From contig CBDFIQ010000001.1 in NCBI GenBank assembly GCA_965248195.1, forward strand, positions 640,001-704,000: a stretch of DNA of 64,000 nucleotides. The letters are read 5' to 3'. Positions within the stretch are counted from its first letter, which is position 1; every line of letters begins with the position of its first letter. The stretch is from Longimicrobiales bacterium. Its GTDB lineage: Bacteria > Gemmatimonadota > Gemmatimonadetes > Longimicrobiales > Gaopeijiaceae. Under the pieces are notes generated by a model. It was not told the DNA's origin, ran no database searches, and worked only from the letters and a program-made list of their open reading frames with translations. This document shows, piece after piece, positions 50,250 through 59,260 of this stretch. A program made the position numbers and the translations under genes.

Positions 50250-51099
50250 CGAACCCCTCCTCTGGTGCGCCCAACTCCCCCTCCAGACGGCGCACCAGCG
50301 ACCGGATCCGCCTGGCGTCAGCTGCATTCGGGGCAAAGTCGAGATACCGCCAGAGCTGTTCCTTCGCTTCCGTTTCGCGGCCGAGCTTGAGCAGTAACAT
50401 ACCTCGGTCGCGCCGCTCCCCGGCGGACGCCGGCTGAACCAACATCAGCCGCTCGACCACGGACAACGCGCGTTCGTCGTCCTGTACATTGAGGTATAGG
50501 CCCTTGAGGTTCACCAGCAGGCGACGGATCATATCGAGCTTGCTTGCCGCTCGGAGAAAGGCCGGCTGCATCCGAACCATGCCGCCGTACTCCTGATCCA
50601 GCACCTCCTGTGCTTGGCTCTCAAACCGGATTCGTCCTCTGTCGAACGGGTCGATCAAAAGGTCTTCGGCCGCGCCGCGATAGCGGACCAGAAAGTGGCC
50701 GGGGAAGCTCACGCCTTCGAGAGGAAGATCGAGCCGCCAACCTACTTCGAGCAGAATGATCCCGAGCGTGAGGGGGATTCCGAGCTGCCGATCCAAGACA
50801 TCATTGATGAAGGAATTCCGAGGATCGTAGTAGGATTCCCTATTTCCGCGCAGGCCCTCCCGCTCGAACAACGTATGGATCACCTCCCCGAGGACGACTG
50901 GGGGAGCGGTCTCGTCATCGAGCCGGTCCTTGACCGCTTCGGCCAGGGCATCGAGCCGCAGCATGTACCGCTCCACAGGAAGTTGCGGGTACTCCTCCTG
51001 GGCGATGTAGAGGGCCGCACGGCCGAGCTCGAAATCGCGCTCGGACTTCTTTACCAACTGACCCAGATGCGCGCGGGTGGAACTCCCTGGAATATCCAT
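50242..51099 (-). CDS. SirB1 family protein (transglutaminase-like plus TPR)
   Basis: YYDPRNSFINDVL, GIPLTLG, FPGHF, IDPF, ERRDRG. Confidence 0.85.
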   Translation of the reverse strand: MDIPGSSTRAHLGQLVKKSERDFELGRAALYIAQEEYPQLPVERYMLRLDALAEAVKDRLDDETAPPVVLGEVIHTLFEREGLRGNRESYYDPRNSFINDVLDRQLGIPLTLGIILLEVGWRLDLPLEGVSFPGHFLVRYRGAAEDLLIDPFDRGRIRFESQAQEVLDQEYGGMVRMQPAFLRAASKLDMIRRLLVNLKGLYLNVQDDERALSVVERLMLVQPASAGERRDRGMLLLKLGRETEAKEQLWRYLDFAPNAADARRIRSLVRRLEGELGAPEEGFDV

Positions 51100-51253
51100 G
51101 CCCGAAGTTACCGTGTTCCCCCCCCTGGCGCCCCAGTCTTCAGTCTATCCAGTCTTCAGTCTATAGTGTGGTGTCCCAGATTAGTCCGACTCCAGAAATA
51201 GGCCGGGCCGTGAACCCGGAAGTCCCCCGAGGGCCGTTAGGCCGTAGAGTGAA

Positions 51254-52312
51254 ATGTCACAAGAGCCCAGAGACCAGAAGCCCAGGATCCGACTGACCCA
51301 GCTTTCCCATGGGGCCGGGTGAGCGTGTAAACTCGGCATGTCCGAGCTGGCGCAGGTTCTGCGTCACCTGGTTCCCATAGTGGACGAGCACGTGCTGGTG
51401 GACGCCTCCACCGGAGACGACGCCGCCGTGTACGCACTCGGCGACGGCAGGGCGCTTGTGGTCACGCTCGACTTCTTCACGCCGCTGGTCGACGACCCGT
51501 ATGACTTCGGACGGATTGCCGCCGCAAACGCACTTTCGGACGTCTACGCGATGGGTGCTGAGCCCCTCTTCGTCCTCAACCTTTTGGCGTTTCCGAGAGC
51601 ACTTCTGGGCGACGGGCTGGTGGAGGAGATCATTCGCGGAGGTTCCGACACCGCCCGCGAAGCCGGCGTGCCCATCATGGGAGGACATTCCCTGGACGAC
51701 CCAGAACCCAAGTATGGGCTGGTAGCAGTCGGTGAGGTGCAGGTTGACGAGCTCGTGACCAACGCCGCAGCCGAAGCAGGCGACCTGTTGGTACTCACCA
51801 AGGCCATCGGTACCGGAGTGGTGGCCACTGCGATCAAGGCCGAGGCGGCCTCGGACGCGGCTACCACGGCAGCAGTGAAGAGCATGACTGCCCTCAATCG
51901 TGAGGCGGCAACCGCGATGAAGCGTGTCGGAGTCCGAGCGGCTACGGACGTGACCGGGTACGGGCTCCTGGGTCATCTCAGCAACCTGCTCCTTCAGTCC
52001 GGCGTGGCCGCGGAGATCGTGGCCGAAAACGTCCCAGTGCTGCCCGAGGTGTCCGAGCTCATCATCGCCGGCCATATCCCCGGCGGAACTCGGCGGAATC
52101 TCGAGGATCTGGAAGATCGCGTCGAATTCGCAGATCAGAACGAAACCATCCGCCTGATCCTTGCTGACGCGCAGACTTCGGGGGGTCTGCTCATCTCGGT
52201 TCCGGAGGAACGCGCCGAGGAGCTCATGGAGCTCCTCGAGGCCGCCGGTCCCGTAGCTGCGATGATCGGACGCGTTACCGACGGAGCGTCGGGAACGATC
52301 AAGGTTCTATAG
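51254..52312 (+). CDS. selD: Selenide, water dikinase (selenophosphate synthetase), selenocysteine-containing
   Basis: ATG 51254 reads RLTQLSHGAG-TGA-ACKL in frame with the 51338 ORF; DDAAVY, DFFTP, AANALSDVYAMG, TDVTGYGLLGH, DAQTSGGLL. Confidence 0.93.
51348..51366 (+). promoter_or_regulatory. Putative bacterial SECIS hairpin
   Basis: TGGCGCAG-GTT-CTGCGTCA stem-loop starting 25 nt after the in-frame TGA (51320-51322). Confidence 0.6.
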
Positions 52313-52346
52313 AGGCTTCTCGAGAGGCTCTACGCCTAGAGAGTCT

Positions 52347-54905
52347 CTACGCGGACGCAGGGCTCTGCGAGGGACTCGCCTTCGCACGAGGCTTACGCTT
52401 CACCGCCTTCCTTTTCGTCTTCCCCGCCTTGTCGGCTCTGAGCGCGATCTTGATCACCTGGTCCAAGTCCTCGACCAGGTGAATGGTCAGTGTTTTTCTC
52501 ACCTCCTCCTGGAGATCGTCCAGATCAGCCTCGTTGTCACACGGGATGATGATCTCGTCGATGCCGGCGCGGATGGCTCCCAACAACTTCTCTTTGATGC
52601 CGCCGATCGGAAGAACCCGGCCTGTCAGAGTCAACTCCCCCGTCATCGCGACGTCGCGACGGATCTTTCGCTCCGAGAGGGCCGACACCAATGCGGTGGC
52701 CATCGTAATACCGGCAGAGGGACCGTCCTTGGGGACCGCCCCGGCCGGAACATGGATGTGCACGTCCCGCCCCTTGAGCGCATCCTCCGGGATGCCGAGA
52801 CGAGCGTAGTTGCTCTTGGCGAAGCTCAGTGCCGCCCGCCCCGACTCCTTCATGACGTCACCCAACTGGCCGGTGAGGACCAGAGCGCCCTCCCCGGTCA
52901 TCACGCTGGCTTCGACGAACATGAGATCGCCGCCCATCGGCGTGTAGAACATCCCAGTCGCCACCCCCACGACGTCGGCAGCGGCCATGCGCTCGGGATG
53001 TACCCTCGGCCGTCCGATCAACTCCCGGATGACCGCTCGATCGATCTCCAGACGTTTGACCTCGCCCGAAGCAACCTTCCGCGCGACCTTTCGGGCCAGC
53101 TTACCCAGCTGGCGCTCGATTTGACGAACTCCCGCCTCCCGTGTGTATTCCTGGATCAGGGCCAGAAGCGCAGCGTCACCCAACGACATCTCACCGTCCC
53201 GCAGGCCATTCTCTTTTTCCTGGCGCGGAAGTAGGTATCGTTTCGCGATCTCGAGCTTTTCGGCCTCGGTGTACCCTGAAAAATCAACCTTTTCCATGCG
53301 ATCATACAACGGGGGCGGAATCCGGTCCGCGTAGTTCGCCGTTGCGATGAACAGCACCTCGGAGAGATCGAAGGGCATACCCAGGTAATGATCCGTGAAG
53401 CTCGAATTTTGAGCCGGATCGAGTACTTCGAGCAGCGCAGCACTCGGGTCTCCCTGGAACGACACACCCAGCTTGTCCACCTCGTCCAGCAGGAACACCG
53501 GGTTCTTCGATTTTGCCGTCCGCATCCCTTGGAGGATCCGGCCGGGCATGGCGCCCACGTAGGTACGGCGGTGACCGCGAATGTCCGCCTCGTCACGAGC
53601 GCCGCCTAGCGAGATCCGCACGTATTCTCTACCCAACGAACGGGCGATCGACTGGGCGATGCTGGTCTTTCCGACTCCCGGCGGACCTACGAACAGGAGA
53701 ATTGGACCTCGGCCACCGATGGCCTCTTCCTCCTCCGTGTCGTTTGCCTCGACAGGCTCGTTTGCCTCGACAGGCTCGTTTGCCTCGGCAGGCTCGGCTG
53801 CCTCACCGGTCTCATCGGTCTCACCGGTTTCACCGGTCTCCTCCTCGGCAGCCCCGCCCTCCGAGTCTGGGGACCGATCCACTTGGAGCTTCCGAACCGC
53901 CAAAAACTCCAAAACGCGGTCCTTCACGTCCTCGAGACCATAGTGATCCTCGTCCAAGATTTCCGTCGATAAAGCGAGGTCGATTTTGTCTTCGGACCTG
54001 ACGTTCCACGGGAGCTCCGTCACCCACTCGAGGAACGTTCGGATGACTTGGTACTCGGCCGACTGTGGGCTCGTACGCTCCAGGCGCTTGAGTTCTCGCT
54101 CGACCTCCGCCCGCTGCTCGTCGCCGAGCTTCAACGCCTCGACCCGTTCCCGGAGCTCTTCGACATCATCCCGTTCGTCTTCGTCGCCCAACTCACGCTG
54201 GATCTGCTTGAGCTGCTCGCGAAGCAGCATCTCGCGCTGCCGCTCGCCGAGCTCCTCCTGCACCCTCGCCTGAATTTCCTCTTGGGCATCGAGCCGGGCC
54301 AACTCGCGCTCTACGGCCACGAGGGCTTCCCGCATCCGCTCCTCGTCGTCGAGCATTTCCAGGAGCGCCTGCTTGTCCTCCGTTTCCAGGTCCAAATAGA
54401 ACGCAACGAGATCCGCGAAGGCTCCCGGCTCATCCACACCCTGGATCAGCTGATTGAGCGCCTCGGCCGGAACCCCCCTTCGTGTGCCCAACTCGGCGGC
54501 GCGCTCCCTCAACTCATGGTTGAGCGCCTGAAAAGCCGGATCATCGGCATTCAGGCTCGGCTGGCGTTCCATCTCGAGAAGAACCGCGTGCAGCATCCCC
54601 TCACCCTCGGCCTCGTAGGAGATGGCCTGGGCCCGTCCCTCACCCTGTACCAGGAGTTGAACGCCCCCCCGCACCCGGTGCGTCTGGATGATCCGTACCA
54701 CCGTCCCCACCTTGTACAGCACGTCGGGTGCCGGGTCATCGACGTTCTCCCTCTGGGCGACGGCGAAAAGCCGCCGGTCTCCGTCGAGTGCCTCCTGCAC
54801 GGCCTCTACCGTACCCGGCCGGCCAGCCGAGATCGGCACTGCCACCCCCGGATAAACGACGGTATCCCTCAGTGGCAAAACCGGAAGTGTATAACGTTCA
54901 CCCAT
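52347..54905 (-). CDS. lon: ATP-dependent Lon protease
   Basis: LON N-domain, GPPGVGKTS, LLDEVDK, PKDGPSAG catalytic Ser. Confidence 0.96.
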   Translation of the reverse strand: MGERYTLPVLPLRDTVVYPGVAVPISAGRPGTVEAVQEALDGDRRLFAVAQRENVDDPAPDVLYKVGTVVRIIQTHRVRGGVQLLVQGEGRAQAISYEAEGEGMLHAVLLEMERQPSLNADDPAFQALNHELRERAAELGTRRGVPAEALNQLIQGVDEPGAFADLVAFYLDLETEDKQALLEMLDDEERMREALVAVERELARLDAQEEIQARVQEELGERQREMLLREQLKQIQRELGDEDERDDVEELRERVEALKLGDEQRAEVERELKRLERTSPQSAEYQVIRTFLEWVTELPWNVRSEDKIDLALSTEILDEDHYGLEDVKDRVLEFLAVRKLQVDRSPDSEGGAAEEETGETGETDETGEAAEPAEANEPVEANEPVEANDTEEEEAIGGRGPILLFVGPPGVGKTSIAQSIARSLGREYVRISLGGARDEADIRGHRRTYVGAMPGRILQGMRTAKSKNPVFLLDEVDKLGVSFQGDPSAALLEVLDPAQNSSFTDHYLGMPFDLSEVLFIATANYADRIPPPLYDRMEKVDFSGYTEAEKLEIAKRYLLPRQEKENGLRDGEMSLGDAALLALIQEYTREAGVRQIERQLGKLARKVARKVASGEVKRLEIDRAVIRELIGRPRVHPERMAAADVVGVATGMFYTPMGGDLMFVEASVMTGEGALVLTGQLGDVMKESGRAALSFAKSNYARLGIPEDALKGRDVHIHVPAGAVPKDGPSAGITMATALVSALSERKIRRDVAMTGELTLTGRVLPIGGIKEKLLGAIRAGIDEIIIPCDNEADLDDLQEEVRKTLTIHLVEDLDQVIKIALRADKAGKTKRKAVKRKPRAKASPSQSPASA
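53740..53838 (-). repeat. In-frame 18-bp and 9-bp tandem repeats inside lon
   Basis: TCGTTTGCCTCG(A/G)CAGGC x3, then TCA(C/T)CGGT(C/T) 9-mers; encode EPVEAN and ETG units. Confidence 0.85.
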
Positions 54906-55033
54906 GAGTCCTCACTCAGTCCCTCCCGTTTTGATTCAGGATCGAGACATTGTTGATATCGTAACGCCTACCCCCTGGCACCCGTTCCCGAGCGGTGCGA
55001 AAACTCGAGGGTAGTTGTGAAATTGACCCTACT

Positions 55034-55049
55034 TGCAGGAATCCTGCCA
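55034..55049 (-). promoter_or_regulatory. Possible sigma-54 (-24/-12) promoter of lon
   Basis: Minus strand TGGCAGGATTCCTGCA with exact GG-N10-GC spacing. Confidence 0.4.
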
Positions 55050-55175
55050 GACCTATCATACGAAATTATGCCGTAGTTGCAGTCCGCCTGTCAGAATGTC
55101 GGCCTTTTTTGGCATAAGGTGAACGCTTAGGTTGTGAAAAACTTCCTGATCATACGTTCCCCCCCCGGTCCAGCC

Positions 55176-55796
55176 ATGCTCGAAGGCGTCACCTGGTTCA
55201 GGCAATCCTCCGTCCGGATTCGGCGAGGCGGTGTCGAGATCCATATCGACCCCTGGGGAATACCGGAAGGGAGCACCGCAGATTACATCCTTCTGACGCA
55301 TCCCCACTTCGACAATTTTTCCGAAGACGACATCGCCAAGGTGCGGGGTCAGGATACTACGCTGGTCGCACCCGCTTCCATGAGGAAGCAGCTCGAAGAT
55401 GTCGACCATCTGTTGCGGCCTGGCGACATGGTCCACCTCGACGGTATCGAAATTCTGGCCGTACCGGCCTATAACGAGGGCAAGAAGTTCCATCCTGCGG
55501 AGAACGAATGGTTGGGGTACGTGTTCACGGTGGACGGGACCACGTACTACCATTCTGGCGACACCGACTTCCTCGAGGCGATGAACCAGATAAGGTGTGA
55601 TGTGGCGTTTTTGCCATGCGAGGGTCATTACACGATGGGACCGGAGGACGCCGTCCGCGCCGCCACCGCGTGCCACGCTCGCGTCGTCGTCCCGGTGCAT
55701 TGGGGTGGCCGCGCCGAGACCCGCGCCAACGCGGAGCGTGTAAAGGAATTGTCCGAGGGCGAGGTGGTCATCCTCGAACAGGGCATGCCGGGCTGA
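55176..55796 (+). CDS. Metallo-beta-lactamase-fold hydrolase
   Basis: IDPW, THPHFDN, VPAYN, HSGDT, VPVHWG. Confidence 0.82.
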   Translation: MLEGVTWFRQSSVRIRRGGVEIHIDPWGIPEGSTADYILLTHPHFDNFSEDDIAKVRGQDTTLVAPASMRKQLEDVDHLLRPGDMVHLDGIEILAVPAYNEGKKFHPAENEWLGYVFTVDGTTYYHSGDTDFLEAMNQIRCDVAFLPCEGHYTMGPEDAVRAATACHARVVVPVHWGGRAETRANAERVKELSEGEVVILEQGMPG

Positions 55797-55811
55797 TCAG
55801 GCCGTAGGTTC

Positions 55812-57491
55812 CTACATCCGCCGATAGGCTGGTCCACTCCCAACCTCCCGGGACGTCCACCGCGGCCCGAGCACGTCGGTCGCCTTGCAGTCGACGCAGT
55901 TCGGTGCGTTGACGCGCAGTTCGTCACCGTCGCGCTCGTAGACGCCGGCAGGACACATGTGCGTGTACAGCTCGGCAGCTGCGGGGCTCACGTCGTCGGC
56001 CACCACCAAGTGACTGGGCCCGTCGTCGCGCGTCTGGTTCCCGGCCTTGTACACCGCGTCCACCTTGCTGAACGTGAGCTTCCCGTCGGGTCGCACACCC
56101 GGCCCTCCACCCCCGAGCACTCGCTCCTCCTCCGCATCCTCGGCGGTGGTGATCTTCCCGCCCGGGATGGCACCGCCGGACAGAGTCATGAGACCCGCGC
56201 GGACCACCCCTCGGAGAAATCCCCTTTTGAACGCCAGACGGACGTTCCGGGTGCGCCGTAGATCCCTCATGATGTAGCTCGCGTTCACAGACTCGGTATA
56301 GGAGCGTAAGCCGGCCTCCGACACGTCCCCCCTTTTGAGCGCACGGAAGATCGCCCTCGCGGCCAAGATTCCCGAGTGCATCGCGTAGTGGATTCCCTTG
56401 AGTGACGGTACGTCTACGTACCCGGCCGCATCACCCACCACGCACACTCCGTTTCCGTGGCGGCGTTCGGGTACCGAGTAGTATCCCCCCTCGGGAATCG
56501 TCTTCGCCCCCCACTCCACCATCTCGCCACTCTCCAGGTAAGGCCGGAAGAGGGGGTGGAGCTTCATGCGCTGGAGCACGTTGTGGACATCGAGGCGGGC
56601 GTCCCGAGAGTCGAGTCCGACGACGAGGCCGAGCGCGACGAGATTCTCATTGAGCGGATACATGAAGCTTCCGCCGAAGGCATCACCCGGAAGCGGCCAT
56701 CCCATCGTGTGAATCACCCGGTCCAACGGCACCCGGGTTTCCCACAGCTCCTTGACCCCGAGAGCGAAGATCTGGGGATTGGCGGAGTCGATCCCCTGCC
56801 ACTCCAAGAACGCCTGTGTGAGTGGCCCGCGGGTGCCCTCCGAGAGAACGGTTACCCGAGCGGTCAGATCCATGGCCGGCACGTGCTGCGCTCCCGGCCG
56901 GCCTTCGCGGTCGAGGCCGGAGGGTGTGGTGCGGACACCGATGACACGGTCGGCTTCGACCAACAATCCATCGACCGGAAAGCCGGGAAACACATTGACG
57001 CCGAGGCCCTCGGCCTTCTCTCCCAACCACCGCACGATCTCGCAGATCGAGGCCACGTGGTTGCCGTGGTTCCTCATGGTGGGAGGGGTGGGGATCCGGA
57101 GCGCCTTCTTCTCCGTAAGGAAGTAGACTGCCTCCTTTCCGACCTTGCCCTGGAGCGGAAAATCACCGATGTCGAGTTCCGGAAAGAGCTCGTGAAACGC
57201 GATCGGGTTCACCATGGCTCCAGAGAGCGAGTGCTCGCCGACTCGACTCGCCTTCTCGAGGACCCCGATTTCGACTTCGCCCAACCCACCGTCACCCTCG
57301 TTGTCTTTCCATACGAGCCGGGCCAACGCAATGGCCCCCGCAAGACCGGCGGGCCCACCTCCCACGAACACCACGTCCATCGGCACCGCCTCCGGGTCGG
57401 GCGTGTCTCGGAGAATCAGCCGGTCGGTGGGCAGAGGCGACTGAAATTGAGCCGGTCGAACCAGTCCGGCGGATCGCAGTTTCTCGGACAT
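55812..57491 (-). CDS. Electron transfer flavoprotein-ubiquinone oxidoreductase
   Basis: VGGGPAGL, GAKTIPEGG, KGIHYAM, C-terminal CPAGVY and NCVDCKATD. Confidence 0.9.
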   Translation of the reverse strand: MSEKLRSAGLVRPAQFQSPLPTDRLILRDTPDPEAVPMDVVFVGGGPAGLAGAIALARLVWKDNEGDGGLGEVEIGVLEKASRVGEHSLSGAMVNPIAFHELFPELDIGDFPLQGKVGKEAVYFLTEKKALRIPTPPTMRNHGNHVASICEIVRWLGEKAEGLGVNVFPGFPVDGLLVEADRVIGVRTTPSGLDREGRPGAQHVPAMDLTARVTVLSEGTRGPLTQAFLEWQGIDSANPQIFALGVKELWETRVPLDRVIHTMGWPLPGDAFGGSFMYPLNENLVALGLVVGLDSRDARLDVHNVLQRMKLHPLFRPYLESGEMVEWGAKTIPEGGYYSVPERRHGNGVCVVGDAAGYVDVPSLKGIHYAMHSGILAARAIFRALKRGDVSEAGLRSYTESVNASYIMRDLRRTRNVRLAFKRGFLRGVVRAGLMTLSGGAIPGGKITTAEDAEEERVLGGGGPGVRPDGKLTFSKVDAVYKAGNQTRDDGPSHLVVADDVSPAAAELYTHMCPAGVYERDGDELRVNAPNCVDCKATDVLGPRWTSREVGSGPAYRRM

Positions 57492-57514
57492 CGTCGCTCC
57501 GTAAATCATGACTG

Positions 57515-57615
57515 CCGGCTCTCGACCTCAGGTCTCCCCCGGCCCTCAATCTCAGGTCTCCCCCGGCTCTTGACCTCAGGTCTCCCTCGGCCCTTGACCT
57601 CAGGTCTCCCTCGGC
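57515..57615. repeat. 4 x 24-bp tandem repeat containing a GACCT-C-AGGTC palindrome
   Basis: Units start at 57515, 57539, 57563 and 57587; CTCAGGTCTCCC is invariant. Confidence 0.9.
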
Positions 57616-57799
57616 ACCGCACTCGGGATCCGGCGTATACTCCGGGTGTATCGGAGTCACCCGCGGTTGATCCCACCCGGTTCCGCGTTCCGAATGGCTA
57701 GGAAGGTCGCGGATTGGCGCAGCGAATCCAACTTCGACACCATACGGGAGACGCTGAAGCTCCCTTCGATCTCGCCCACTCACGGATGAAACGTTTTCC

Positions 57800-59260
57800 A
57801 TGACCTCTAACCGGCCCCGCACCGTCGGTGAACTCAAGTCCTCCGGATACGAGCCCCGCACCGTGAAGGACGAGCTGCGGCAAAACCTGATCACCAAGCT
57901 CAAGGCCGGGGACGACATCTTCCCCGGTATCATCGGCTTCGATGATACGGTCGTTCCCATGATCGTGAACGGGATTCTCGCACGTCACGACTTCATCTTG
58001 TTGGGCCTACGTGGTCAGGCGAAGAGCCGGATTCTCAGACAGCTCGTGGACCTTCTCGACCCCGAGATCCCGATCCTCGAGGGTAGCGAGATCAATGACG
58101 ATCCTCTCAAACCGATTTCGAAGTATGCGCGGATAGTACTCGAGGAGAAGGGCGACGACGCATCGGTCGCCTGGGTGACCCGGGACAATCGCTTCGTGGA
58201 GAAACTGGCGACGCCTGATGTGACCATGGCCGATATCATCGGGGACGTGGACCCCATCAAGGCTGCACGTGGCGGACACATCCTCGCTGACGAGCTGACG
58301 ATCCACTATGGACTTCTTCCTCGGGCCAACCGCGGCATCTTCGCGATGAACGAGCTGCCCGATCTTGCGGGGAAGATTCAGGTCGGCCTCTTCAACATTC
58401 TCCAAGAAGGTGACGTGCAGGTGAAGGGGTACCCAATCCGCCTGCCCCTGGACGTCTTCCTCGTCTTCACGGCCAATCCCGAGGACTACACGGCGCGCGG
58501 AAAGATCATCACTCCGCTCAAGGACAGGATCGGCGCCGAAATCCCGACGCACTATCCCACCGAACTCTCGATCGGCATAGACATCACTCGGCAGGAAGCC
58601 TGGCTCGACCGGGATGGCGTTCCGACCGAGGTCCCGGACTTTATCTCGGAGGTCGTCGAGCGGATCGCCTTTCTGGGCCGAGACGACAAACGGATCGACC
58701 AGCGCTCGGGCGTCAGCCAGCGTATGCCGATCACCGTACTCGAGAGCGTGGTGTCGTCGGCGGAACGTAGAGCGATCTTGCTCGGGGAGGACCACGCCGT
58801 TCCCCGCGTGGCCGACATCTACGGAGCGCTCCCCGCTATCACCGGGAAGATGGAGCTCGAGTATGAAGGAGAGCTGCACGGGTCTGACCGGATCGCACGG
58901 GAGTTGATCAGTTCGGCCGCGAGCTGTGTGTTTCAGGCGCGCGCGGGCGGCTCAGATGTGGAAGAGATCATCGAATACTTCGAGCAGGGTGGCGCACTCC
59001 AGGTGGGATCCGACAGCTCGGCCGAGGCGTGCATTCAGGGCTTTGAGATCGTTCCCGGGCTTCTAAAGTTGGTTCAGGCGGTCGGCCTCGCTCCGAAATC
59101 GTGTTCCGATGGATTGCGGGCCGGCGCATGTGAGCTCGTTCTGGAAGCGCTGGCCGCAGATCGGAAGATCACTCGCTCGGTCAGCGGCAGTTATGCGAAG
59201 GCGCGTCATGAGTCCCTCCCGGGGAAGGGCTTCGACCCGTTCGGCGGCGTCAGCGCGTAG
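57800..59260 (+). CDS. Mg-chelatase-like AAA+ ATPase (VWA-associated)
   Basis: GLRGQAKS Walker A, NRGIFAMNELPDL, TANPEDYT..GKIITPLKDR. Confidence 0.85.
   Translation: MTSNRPRTVGELKSSGYEPRTVKDELRQNLITKLKAGDDIFPGIIGFDDTVVPMIVNGILARHDFILLGLRGQAKSRILRQLVDLLDPEIPILEGSEINDDPLKPISKYARIVLEEKGDDASVAWVTRDNRFVEKLATPDVTMADIIGDVDPIKAARGGHILADELTIHYGLLPRANRGIFAMNELPDLAGKIQVGLFNILQEGDVQVKGYPIRLPLDVFLVFTANPEDYTARGKIITPLKDRIGAEIPTHYPTELSIGIDITRQEAWLDRDGVPTEVPDFISEVVERIAFLGRDDKRIDQRSGVSQRMPITVLESVVSSAERRAILLGEDHAVPRVADIYGALPAITGKMELEYEGELHGSDRIARELISSAASCVFQARAGGSDVEEIIEYFEQGGALQVGSDSSAEACIQGFEIVPGLLKLVQAVGLAPKSCSDGLRAGACELVLEALAADRKITRSVSGSYAKARHESLPGKGFDPFGGVSA

Noticed and set aside
57515..57615. Possible CRISPR array
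   Set aside because: Units are contiguous with no unique spacers, and no cas genes are present.
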